Below are positions 1 to 11,123 of a stretch of 35,797 nt of DNA, in pieces. How positions within the stretch are numbered: position 1 is the stretch's first letter; each line of letters begins with the position of its first letter. Position numbers and translations under genes: made by a program. The notes under the pieces are model-generated. The model searched no databases. It saw only the letters and a program-made list of their open reading frames with translations, and had not been told where the DNA came from. This DNA is from Catajapyx aquilonaris (Eukaryota), in contig KZ538220.1 of NCBI GenBank assembly GCA_000934665.2, positions 62,001 to 97,797 of the forward strand. The letters run 5' to 3'.

Positions 1-116
1 GGCGAAGTAGCCTCGCAGACTGGCGGAGAGTCTCCTGCACCGCCTGCACCGGGCGGCTCCTGCGGGCGACGACAGGTGGCGGGCGGGCTCTCTGGCCTGG
101 TTCCAATGGGATCAGG

Positions 117-162
117 CAGATGGCGGCACCGGACGGGGAGAGATTAAATCCAACATGGCGGC
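117..162 (+). promoter_or_regulatory. Two YY1/Pho-like motifs upstream of the URI1 start codon
   Basis: CAGATGGCGGC (117-127) and CAACATGGCGGC (151-162) resemble the YY1 consensus AAnATGGCGGC, in a GC-rich segment 60-100 bp before the ATG. Confidence 0.4.
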
Positions 163-221
163 CCGCATGTGATGATTGAACTTGCTGCAATTGAAGGGCT
201 TGCGCTGGTTCTTTGGGCGAA

Positions 222-2593
222 ATGGATGTGACTCCGGAGGTGGAGGATGGCCCGGCTAATGAGCTGGGTTTGAGGGCTCTCAGGGAGCATTTTGGACAGG
301 TACGTGACACTGTGCTCGTGGCAAACCATTAAGGTGGTGATAACAGTGAGACAATGGAACCAACTATTAAGTGTAATAATTACTACACTGTACTCCCTAT
401 TATCCAGGTGCGGATTATCCGTGCATTGCCAAAAAAAAATGTTCCAAATATAAGTCCAAAGGAATGTCAGTATGTCTCGCTAACAGAGGAGTTTTTCTGC
501 GAGACAAATTATTAATAATCTGTAGTAAATGTTATTATTGCGATAACACCTTAAATATCTCAAGCAGCATACACTCTGTACCAGCTCAGCTGGTACAGAG
601 TGTATGCTGCTTGAGATATTTCCAGCTCTGTACAGTATGTACCTCTGAATAGCTCATTTTTATGGTGTCCACTGTCCAGGACCATTTTTTTATTACCCGT
701 GCTTTACCGATGCATTAATGGCATGGATAATCAAGAGTACAATGTAATTACTAATTACGGCTACTACCAGCTACACTAAACCATGTGAAAATTAGCTCCA
801 GCCTCCCTCTAGTACTATACTGGTGATGCTGACACATTTGTTGTTGCAGAGATTGGACAAGAATGAGGAGGATACAGCGCACTGGAATAAGCTTCAAGAG
901 GAGTATGTCTCACTGGGGGAACGACTGAAGACGCTGCCGGATGAAGTGAGCTATGACATAATGGTGCCCATTGGGTCCAAGGCATTCATGCCGGGACAGA
1001 TGGTTCACACTAATGAGATCCTGGTTTTGCTCGGGGACAACTGGCTGGTTGAGAGGTCAGCAAAGCAAGCAGGAGAGATTTGTCAGCGGAGGATTGAATG
1101 TCGGTTGTGAATTGTTGCAACTGGTGGTTCAAGGATTGACACAAAGCTTGTTTTTTTGTATCAGATTGTGATCAGCATCTGAAGAAACTGGCTGATGAGA
1201 AGTCGATGATTGAGTCGTGGTTGGAGCAGACAGAGAGGGTTCGTGAAGAGGTGACATCAGAGGGTGACATTGTCGAGATACGTGAAGAATACGATGAGGA
1301 ACAGGAGGAAATTTGGAAAGGTACTTTTCCCACCTTGAATAGTGCTTTACAGGGGAAGGCGTGGTGGCCGAGATGGTAACGTCTCGGCTTGCTGAGCGGA
1401 AGGCCCCGGGTTCGATCCCCGCCCGGGATTTTCCTTCCGCCTGCGTCAGTGGGTCTCTGCCCGTGCCTAAGAAGGCGTCTTGGCAACCTAGCCTTCTGGG
1501 GGACTGCACATGACCCATTTCCGACATTGCACTTGCACCTGTGTCCCCTCCCCAAAAAATCCCTATCCTTACCTCATGTCCGTTCATCCTTGCACCGGAG
1601 TTAGAAGAAAAAATCAGAAAATTGAAGAAAAAATGGTGGTATTCCACCCCCCTATAAGGGCCTATGACCATATCACGGGGTAATGTTAAAAAAAGAAAAA
1701 AAAAGGAATAGTGCTTTACAACTACTAAATAACCCCATCTTTCTTTGAATAAACAGAGCAACATGCGCAAAGAGTGAAGGAGTACAGAAGAAAGCTGGCA
1801 GAAGAAAGGAATGCAGAGGACCAAAAGAGTGGCCTGAAGATCAAAACATTCGATGAGCTTCTGGAACGAGTTAACCACCTGGAAATGGTGGAGGAAATGG
1901 AGGATGAACTAGCATGGTGAGCCAGTATTTTTGGTGTGTAACTATTTGCAGCAGGAATACAACACATATGGGAATGTAAAGCTACTTATCACATATGCTG
2001 CGGTGCAGTGCACTCATAGTATAGCTTTGTCACAAGGGATGTCAGCACTAATTTTACTTTCCCATTTCATCAATTTCAGCAAAGATTCAGATGATTCAGA
2101 TGACTCAGAAATTATAGAAGAGAATGAGGAGGAGGAGGAATCAAGTCCTGTGCCACAGAGAAAGTCACGAGTATCATTTGCAGATGTAAATGAAGTGCAT
2201 CAAGATGATCGATGCCTTGAGGCCGGTGATTCATCCCCTCCTGCAACCATTTACATTAACTTTAGCCATTCAGATGCAGTCTCTGCGCCCTCAAATCAAG
2301 ATTCAAGTGAGACAACATCAAAAATCAATTCCCCTTCAGATATATACACTAATTACATTCAGACCAGTGGATCTAAACCACTGAAGTCAATTCTGAAGCC
2401 ACCGAGAAAGGTGGAGCCAGCAGATATCGAGGCACAACCAGAACCTCGAAGAGTGGTTCAGACAAATGCACCAGAAGTTCAGGCCTTCAGTGATGTAGTG
2501 GAGAAGACACCTACAGCTTCTGAGCCTAAGCCTATCCCGGAACATCGTCCAGTGAGCAGATTTCGTGCAGCTAGAATTGCTTCCAAAAGGTGA
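222..2593 (+). CDS. URI1: Unconventional prefoldin RPB5 interactor URI1 (~385 aa); exons 222-299, 850-1099, 1165-1320, 1757-1916, 2080-2593
   Basis: All joins are GT-AG and in frame (1158 nt). Prefoldin-alpha domain LKTLPDEVSYDIMVPIGSKAFMPGQMVHTNEILVLLGDNW, an acidic tract, and C-terminal RPVSRFRAAR resembling the URI/Bud27 VSKFKAAR box. AATAAA near 2728. Confidence 0.93.
386..744. mobile_element. Non-autonomous Tc1/mariner (pogo/Tigger-like) MITE in URI1 intron 1
   Basis: Left end CACTGTACTCCCTATTATCCA versus reverse complement of right end CATTGTACTCTTGATTATCCA (17/21 match); TA on both flanks (384-385, 745-746). Confidence 0.7.
553..621. repeat. Perfect palindrome: 34-bp arms with a 1-nt spacer
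   Basis: AAATATCTCAAGCAGCATACACTCTGTACCAGCT-C-AGCTGGTACAGAGTGTATGCTGCTTGAGATATTT; the arms are exact reverse complements. Confidence 0.97.
1352..1705 (+). mobile_element. tRNA-derived SINE (tRNA-Ala-like head) in URI1 intron 3
   Basis: Pol III A box TGGCCGAGATGG and B box GGTTCGATCCC; head AGGCCCCGGGTTCGATCCCC resembles tRNA-Ala; A-rich tail ~1688-1704; perfect 15-bp TSD GAATAGTGCTTTACA at 1337-1351 and 1706-1720. Confidence 0.9.
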
Positions 2594-3062
2594 CCAAGAA
2601 ATGCTGACAAATATCTGCAGTGGAATATTGAACGGTAATCAGTGCCTTCAGCACTCAAATTGAAGCAGGAAAAAAAAAAAAAAGTGTTTCATGTTGTTGA
2701 CGTTATAATTTTGTGTAATGATGGATAAATAAATGCAACATCAAGCTTGTTTTCATACAAGTTTGTGGTGACCAGTCTCATTTTGGCCGTGGGCACATTC
2801 CGTTTCTTGTACTTCAGAAAATTAACAATTTCATTTCCTTATACAGTCAGCCCCTGGTTATCTGCAGTATCATTATCTGTGGTTTCAGTTATCCACTGCT
2901 TGAAAATATCAATCAGGATATTAAATGTAAAAATGTCTGCCCTGTTTGTATTATGCTGACCCATTCTGATGCTCATTCAGCCCTGCATTGTTAGTCAGTG
3001 CAGTAATGAGACCACTGCCATAACTGCTTGTTACTGTAGGGTTTCGAAATAGTCTGCATGTA

Positions 3063-4655
3063 CTTGCCCAAAATCATAATGGTACGTTCACCTGCGAATC
3101 TGCTTGGATGGAGATGGGAAAAGTGTCATACCGTCAGAACGACGGGTGCTAGGATGTCGTGACTTTAGCACTCTACAGAGGTGTCTGTGGTCTACCACCG
3201 GGACTAGAAATGATGCCTCTCGGACAATTACCGCAAATAATATGCCCTCCTGAAAATGCGCTACCAGACATGGAAATATTCGTTCACAGCGCGCACTGAC
3301 ACAATATCATTCGGTCACTTGCAATCAGTAAGCCCTTTATTCACAAACACTGACATTTAATACGATGTAGTATCCCCTTTGGCTGCAAGAAGGGCTGCAA
3401 GACGTGCTGGCATGGAATCACTTAGTGCTTCACATTCTTCAGATGTGAATGCATCCCATATTTCCTGCAGATGGCTCTTCAAAGTTGCCAATGTACAGGG
3501 GCGACTCTTGCGAAGCCTCTTTTTCATCCTCTTCCATACTGTTTCAATTGGATTCCTGTCAGGGCTGTTTGGGGGCCATGGCAACACCTCAACTTCATTA
3601 TCCTGCAGCCATTTCTTGGTAGTTTTGGCCGTTGTGGTGTGGCATTGTCTTGTTGGAAAATGGCATCACCTCACAGCCGCAGTTTTGGGATGGACGGCAG
3701 GAGATTCGTCTGCAAGATGTCTTGATAAGCTTTGGCTTCAATTTTACCATCGACAAAATGTAGCTTTCCAAGTCCATTTCTGCCCATGCAACCCCATGTC
3801 ATCACACTTGATGCATGTTTCACTGTTCGGGTCAGGCAATCTGGGTGGAAGGCCTCCTCCTTTGTGTGTATTACATGCCGACGAGAGTCACCAGGATCTA
3901 CGCAGGATTTGTCGTGGATTCGTCGCTGAATGTCACTGTTGACCAAATCCTCTTGCTCCAGTTCCGTCTTTCCTTTGCCCAATGAAGTCTGGTCTATTTA
4001 TGCTTCACTGTCAAGAGAGGTTTCTTTTTCAACTAAAATGTAGGTCATAAAAATGTGACCACGTGTTTGCATTTTTAAAAAATTAACTTACCTTGTAGAA
4101 GCTGAGGCCTAGGTCATGTATTCGACGGTGGCAGATTTCCCTCGACACGTGTTTTCCTGTTTGTGTTGTCCATTCTTCCTTCAGTTGTGCTGTTTTGAGC
4201 CTCCTGTTCCTCTGCGCCAGTTTTAAGAGGCAGCAGTCGTTCCTCATTGTCGTTGCCCTCGGTCTCCCAGAGGGCCACTTAGGTTTGACCATGCCCCTGT
4301 TCTTACACTTTCTAATAATGTTGGCTACAGTGCTCTGTCGCAGTCCAAGTTGTCTGGAGTTTGCCCTGCCTGACTTTCCATCCTCATGGGCCTCAGAATT
4401 ACCTCGCGGAGGTCTGAAGATGTGGGACGTCCATGTCCCATGGCATGGGCAATGCCAACACTGGCCGCACAGCCCTTATATACGTGCCGATAGCATCATT
4501 CTCATCATTTCTAGTCCCAGTGGTAGACCAGAGACACCCCTGTACAGTGCTAAAGTCACGACATCCTACCATGCTTTGTTCCGACGGTATGACACTTTTC
4601 CCATCTCCATCCAAGCAGATTAGCAGGTGAACGTACCATTATGATTTTGGGCAAG
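3063..4655 (-). mobile_element. Full-length Minos-like Tc1/mariner DNA transposon (1593 bp)
   Basis: 153-bp TIRs at 3063-3215 and 4503-4655 (about 11 mismatches by manual comparison); TA TSD at 3061-3062 and 4656-4657; internal transposase remnant. Confidence 0.95.
3357..4441 (-). pseudogene. Disrupted Tc1-family (Minos-like) DDE transposase with a 59-nt intron at 4033-4091
   Basis: Paired HTH (SRQLGLRQSTVANIIRK, SGRPR) and catalytic motifs FSDES, VMTWGCM..GLGKLHFVDG, FQQDNA, WPPNSPDRNPIE. In-frame stops (TAG at 3994-3996, TGA at 3671-3673) and about three frameshifts. TATA-like sequence ~4474-4482 and minus-strand AATAAA ~3336-3341. Confidence 0.92.
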
Positions 4656-5095
4656 TATCATGGAGAACAACACTGCCATTCAATAGAAATAGTCACATCC
4701 ATACCTTGTGATAAGTTCGTTTGGCCAGACAACTTGAATTAAAGGACATTACAACAATTGCTCGGAATTACACCCATGGGCAAGTATGCAATCTCTACAG
4801 TGACATACGACTACGTACCTGCTAAAAAATCTCACATCACCCTCTGTGCCACCCCACACATTTGTAACATGTTGCTCGTGTGACACTGATATAACAAGAC
4901 TGAATGGCAGTATATCACTATCAAAGTAAAATGCAGTTGGGAAGAAGCTGACTATCAAATCCACTCAACACAGCCGATGCTCACACAGAAAGTGGGTCAT
5001 TGGAGAGGTTGAGTGCCCTTGGTTGGGGCCGTTGGGGATTGAAAAATAAAAGAGAGTTCGTTTCGACTCCTTTGAAGTCCGAGTATAAAAGTACA

Positions 5096-6681
5096 TTTAT
5101 TTTTCAAACGCATCAATACACAAGCAGGAAGAGCTGAAATTCGAAAATTCACAATTCCTCTTTCCTGCAAGTGAAATCCTTTCGCAACAGTCCATACATC
5201 CCGATGAAAAAAAAATGAATATGGAACAACTTACAATAATTGTACTAATGGCAACTCGCATCTACAACACTCATTCAATTCCCTTTCACTTCCTCTTTGT
5301 CACACTACTCACACATTACTGGCAGGTTACCAACCAATGCAGAGTATGTTTAAAAGGTAATGGGGATTTAAATACTCATCACATGTCCATAAGCGTATTT
5401 TTCGTATTGGTTCGTATTGCCAAGTTCCAAAACTTTTGTCTCATTTTTAAAAAATGGCGTCATAAAAATATAACTATGGCCCTACCGGTGACACAGCAAA
5501 TACTTGTCACTGGATTGTTATTGCGGTGGAAGTCACTGCCTTTCCAAATAATTAAATTAAATGGCCCAATGTCTTGGGAGTAAATGCATGTTTCCTGAAT
5601 TCAACAATGAATGGTGAGAAATACAATAAGATGTGACACACACAAAACTAAACAGTAATGGCACAAGACCTTTGTCCATATATAAAACCCTCACACGTAC
5701 TGCAAACAATTATATGTCTGCTACGCAAGAGTGCATGTTTCACTTTATTTGTCTGGAATTATGTATCCATGTGAAAAGGCACAAACTCTTCATTGTATAA
5801 CAATACAGGGCAACCAAGTTATTCCCTACTGAGCTGGGAAAATGGCTATGTTCATTTGGCTATAACAATGAATGGGAAAATGGCTGCGGTAATGAACACA
5901 GTTGTGAAATGGTGGGTAATCTCTCACAAAAACATGGTACCATAGATACCGATCCCAAACAGAAGAAAGGCCAGTTGAATCACGAGAGACAGCAGGGGGG
6001 AAATTTGATGTTTCGGAAAATCAAGACTTCGACTAGAATCGATTACATTTTGACAGTAAGAAAACCTTGCATGTTAATTTGGTTGAAACAGAATTCAAAA
6101 TGAGCATGACAAATGGGCTTCAGTCTTAAGATCTGGCTAAAAAGTGATAAATGCATTGAAACTGTGGAAAGATATAATGAAAACCTAAATGCGGGAATCA
6201 ATTACTAACTTCCCATCAACTCTCAATATGGTCACATTAAATGCGTAACTGGTTAAGTTCACAACAACACACCCTAATTGATCACTTAGGGAACAACTTG
6301 CCATTAAGCCAACACCTGGCCAAATAGTCTCCTCCTTATACTTGAGCCAAACCAGATAAAAATTCAAATTAAATTCAAGGTGGCTGTCATAGTGCAGCGT
6401 AACAAATGCAACACTGACTGTTGCACCAACAGATAAAACTGATCCGAATATCCTTGCAGAATTAATCCTTTATGTTAAATAATTGTAATAATTTCATTCC
6501 CATAACCAACAACAATTCCGTATATCCATAAAACTGTGCACAAGAGCAACGCTTTCAACACATCATGAAGAACAAGAAAGGCAAGAATAGAATGAGTGGC
6601 GCCCCTCTGCGCTCAAGAAATTTCCAGAACAAAAAGTGGCAGCTCTTTCTGTGCACAACACGTCAAACAGGCCACCTCCCT
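5096..6681 (-). other. Probable long (~1.6 kb) cyclin E 3' UTR with alternative poly(A) signals
   Basis: AT-rich stretch after the stop codon with no credible coding ORF; minus-strand AATAAA at 5744-5749 and 5096-5101. Confidence 0.5.
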
Positions 6682-9600
6682 TCAGTCAAGTGGCATGAAT
6701 CCAAAATCATCGAAATCAGGGCGTTGAGGGCTGCTACATGCAGTCATGAAAGTGGACGGACTGGACTCGTGGCTCATCATTGATGATGAGGTTGGGGTGG
6801 TCAGCAAGTCCTGCTTAGATGACTGTTTCATGCGTCTCATGGGTGCCTCCAATGGTAGTCCCTGAGTCCAGCTGGGTGGAGGAGTTGGCAGTGAGCTGGA
6901 GAGAGGAGGCAGTTCTTGGCCAAATGACTTAACTCTGGAATCCTTCTGGGTGCTGTGAGGAGGGGTCAGTAGACCCGGGATCAATACTGTTGGGCTGCCA
7001 TACTGGGTGCGAGACTGAAGTTCTTGAGCCTGAGTCTAGTGGAGAAAAATTTAATATGGGCTGGATAAGTGCACTGAAATAGTGAGTCAAATAACAGCAA
7101 GAGGACATGCATGAAGAGGAAAATAGGGCACAAGAAATTGCAATGCCGACTTTTGCTTATCTAATTTAAAAAGGTAAGGTACTTACCAGCACATCAAGAT
7201 CAAATGCATGTGTTTGTATAAGAGGCAGCTCCTCTTTGGGCAGCTGTGGGAACTCCTTGAGCTCTATGACACAGTGAGTTTTGAAGGTGGTGGCAAAGGG
7301 TGCCATCCAATGGACGCATCTTGAGATTTCCTCCCATTCATACCCAGATGCCATGATGGATGCGTCCTTCCCGCAAGCAAAGTATACACAGGCAGCCGCA
7401 AGCAGGCTGTACCTGAACTGCAGGCTTCCAGCATCCAATATGCAGAGGTCTCCCAGTTGAGTGGCATGGAGGAAGTGGGGAATCGAGTAGGAGGGGATCA
7501 TCATTGTCTTGGTCTTTGGCCTCTTTAGGTCTTGGCCATCACTGTCAGATTCAGACAAATCCATCTCTTCTTCCTCTTCTTTACCAGAGAGAATCTCCAA
7601 ATACAGGCTCAGCCACTCGTGGATAGTGACTGGCTCAAGCATCCAGTCCAAAGCCTGGGGGTATCACAGAAAATTACAAGCTAATCATGGAACAAGTTAA
7701 CCTACTGATGTGGCAGTTAGTGTGATCTACAATCAAGAGTCGAGTCAACATGTGATAATAAAAAGGGCACATGTTACACCTTCCAATGAAATGCCACATT
7801 CGAACAAGTGTCAATTAAGCGAACCCTGCACACAAAACAGGACACTTATGAGCACATGATATGCTGCCTCCTTCACAATCAAAAGTTAAATCAGAACATG
7901 TTTTTGTTTTTTTTTATGGACGAAAACACTTAAAATGCACACGTTACCTTCATGACAATGAGCTCCTGAACAAGAATCTCCTGCTCAGTGCATGCCCCGT
8001 CCGTCACATAGGCAAAATCCACTATTTTTGGTGGGTAGATCTCTTCAATCTTTGCAGCCATGAAAAGGCAGGTGATTCCTAAAAGCTGAAGGGATTGCTT
8101 CTGCACCTCATCACGGCGTGAGAGGAATCTGTCCAAGTAGTCCATTGCTCGCTGGAATGTCTGGCGATGCATCCGGTACACCTCACACACCTGCAATGGA
8201 AAATGAAGGCATTCTGACATGTTATTTACTTCATTAAAATGTTGACAAAGAAACAGGTAAGATAACATTTTAAGAAGGCAAATTCATATACCACAATTTA
8301 CTGGCAAATGCAGCTTCCCAATAATCCAAACCAAACTGCCCATATGCATTTAGTAAAAACCCGATCATATCTCGACACCTTTCGAGGCACTAGGAAGTTT
8401 CGAAAATGACATGTACACATTGCTTTGTTGATGCTTACCTCTGTAAGCCAGTCAAGTAGAATTGACCTCATCCGCGGTTGGAGCTCTGGGTGCCTGTGGA
8501 AGAGGTTTGCATCCCTGGGATAGTCCCTCTCCTGGGAGCACATTCCCTGCCACATTGCCCCCTTGTCTGCCCACCTCAGCTCAGGAAGAGGGACCTTCCT
8601 ATCCACGGGATTTCTGTGCCATAAGGCCACTCCAAACTTAAGCCTGAAAATAAAAGGCAAAGAAATCTAATACACAAAATGGAGGCAGGGTGTCTTACAG
8701 GTATGCTCTGCAAATGAAATGTAAAAATTACTGAATGATTTAAGTCCCATACGAAAAAAATATTTCCTGCACAGTAGTGTACTATCAGTGGGGATGGTAT
8801 GAAACTCTCCCAATACTACTACAATTTTCACAAAGGTAACAAGTCTGCCACATTTTCCCCCTCTATCCTGCAATGCCCTTCAGTGACTATCTAATTACTT
8901 CTGAAATCCTCTTGGAACTGCTAAGCAGGCTAATGCAGCCAGCTTGCTATAGATGTCTCATGTGACTCAGACAGACTTCTCAGATAACTCAATAGGATTA
9001 GAATGGGCATGTTCTCATGTGTGATCAGCTTACTAAGGCCATTCAGTAGTAAAGAAATACTCCAGCTGACAAAAAATTTCGCATTGTCATAAGGCAAGTT
9101 GAAAAGACATTGCAATCTCATTTGCATCCATCTCCAAGCAAGTGTACCCACATCACACAAAAATGTCAGACAAATCCCTTGGTCCGACAGATCATCTTGA
9201 CCCAAGAAAATTTGCCTGAATTCAATCTAATTGTGTCTCAAACCGCAGTTCTTAGTACAGATTGAACAATCAATTTCCACGTGCAACATGTGCAGAACAC
9301 TAACCTGTCAAACGAATCGTAGGCAGCCTTAAGCTTAACACCCCACTTGCAGCTTTTTCTGTGACCATGTATGTGTATGCCCGAGTCTTTGGTCTTGTCG
9401 GCAGCTTGGTCCTGGCTCTGCTGGCACCCAGAGGCTTCCTCGACTTCCATTGCTGCCGAAGTTGTTGGTACAGCGCCAGCTGATGTTGATGCAGAATCCA
9501 TAGTGGGTTCAGGTTCTACACCCATTTCTGCATCATGCTGTAAGACCAGTCCCAACATTAAAGCTCTCACATCACAGAAAAAGCAGGAGAACCCTTACGA

Positions 9601-10106
9601 AACAGGGAGCGAAACAATGAAAGCAATGAAGAAACCCCCTCTCCGTAATCCACCCTCAGTGACACTATGTTCAGCGAAGGTCCATGCTATCATTTGTTGA
9701 CATTCTGAAAACTTGAATCGAAACATTCATGCACTAGTTGACATTTCCTGAACATGCCATTTCATGCCATGCAGGTTGTCACAGAGTCACTTGACAATCA
9801 CAAAACGTTGGCATTCATTACAAATTGGTATTGGTAACTGGAGATGTTTAAGTTTGACTGCAATTGGGTTACTGGGGCACTACGGACAATACGTTTCAAA
9901 AAAACCACGAATACAACTGCAACAGATGTGTTGGACCCAAATTGGCAAGCGACATGCGGAAGAAAGGAAGCATGAGATGCGGGGAGAAAGAGAGAGGGAC
10001 TGACTTCTTCTCTCTTTCGCTTCCGGCTCAGGATGGAAGGAATGTTGCGACTGCAGCTGGAAACACGTCGACTGGAGGAAGACCTGGAAGAGCTCGGGCG
10101 AGACAT
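6682..10106 (-). CDS. CycE: G1/S cyclin E (~534 aa); coding exons 10106-10005, 9537-9305, 8643-8439, 8190-7948, 7654-7187, 7035-6682
   Basis: In-frame GT-AG splicing (1605 nt). N-terminal SRKRK NLS, cyclin box [54 protein letters not shown], and Fbw7 degron LLTPPHS. Confidence 0.95.
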
Positions 10107-11110
10107 GACGATGATGTGGTTCCTGGCGCTGTTGTTCTTCTTCCTATCTCCCTCTTCCTTCTACCTTTGCCCTCACCTCCACCTCTTTCACGCCAACATC
10201 AAAGAATCTGAAGCACAACAACATTTCCATCTTAATCTTTGGCTCATCCAATTTCCAGCGCATCGTCCGCCATGAAGCAATATTTTCAGCCAGGGAATGC
10301 TCGGACCACCCCAACTGCCAATTAACCGGTTAGCAACGAGCCATTTAAAGATCCCATCCGCATTACTAGGTCACACAACTCACTATTACACAAGTACCGA
10401 GATTCCTTCCCTACGCAACTGATGTCAACGACCTCTGCATTCATTCAGGTTGGCACCGAACCGCATCACATAATCACAACCCAGTGACATAATTTCGCCA
10501 CAGAGACATCCCTGATAAATCCTATTATGAAATATAACCCTGCAACTTGATACCCACCCATATAAAAATTCTCAGACTTCCTGGAGCTCACCTCTTCCCA
10601 GCAGGCCTGTCTCCTGGTGTGCCAAACGGCCTTCACCCCCATTTCCGTTTCATTAAGCACTAAACCAGATATCACTGAAACTGCACCGCAAACAATCAGA
10701 ACCGTTTGGTATATTACGAGGGGAGGGAAAAAAAATTGGTGGGAAAAATTAGCATAACTTTGTTGGAGCCATCTTGTTACATAGCATCCCTGCAGCTCCC
10801 CCCTTTTCAACTCCCCGATTTTTTTCCCCAATTTCCCAATAATCATACGGACCTAAAAATATATTCGGCACAAACCGCATTTAACCAGGCTTCACCCCCA
10901 AAAATTAAAAACTCGCATTAAAATTTTTACGCCCCATAAAAAAAATTGTGATCTTCCGGCAGACACGGTTCACTTCACACGTAACGGACATGCCTAAATG
11001 ATCGATTTTCGTCCAAACTTTTTTTGCACAATTGTGCTCCATTGTTCTAAATACATTTACCCGGATGTATGCTCCCTCCTGGAATGTAATGAGCATAAAA
11101 AAAGAAGCCG

Positions 11111-11123
11111 TTTGCGCGCCAAA
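11111..11123. promoter_or_regulatory. Near-palindromic E2F site in the cyclin E 5' region
   Basis: TTTGCGCGCCAAA (minus strand TTTGGCGCGCAAA) contains the consensus TTTSSCGC; cyclin E is an established E2F target. Confidence 0.5.

Noticed and set aside
1..170. Possible divergent gene starting on the minus strand at GCCGCCATG (156)
   Set aside because: That frame stops after 14 codons and no recognisable protein is visible; better explained as a YY1-like promoter motif.
1352..1430. Functional tRNA gene
   Set aside because: The acceptor and anticodon arms do not form a proper cloverleaf, and it continues into a body, A-tail and TSD, so it is a SINE head.
1129..1878. 249-aa minus-strand ORF
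   Set aside because: Antisense to URI1 exons and crosses the SINE; no recognisable domain.
2844..2900. Tigger/MER2-like TIR (TA-CAGTCAGCCCCTGGTTATCTGC)
   Set aside because: No convincing partner TIR on either side of the Tc1 insertion, so the element cannot be delimited.
9367..9387. DSGIH in the cyclin E N-terminus resembling the beta-catenin beta-TrCP degron DSGIHS
   Set aside because: The second phospho-serine is missing (DSGIHI), so it does not fit DSGxxS.
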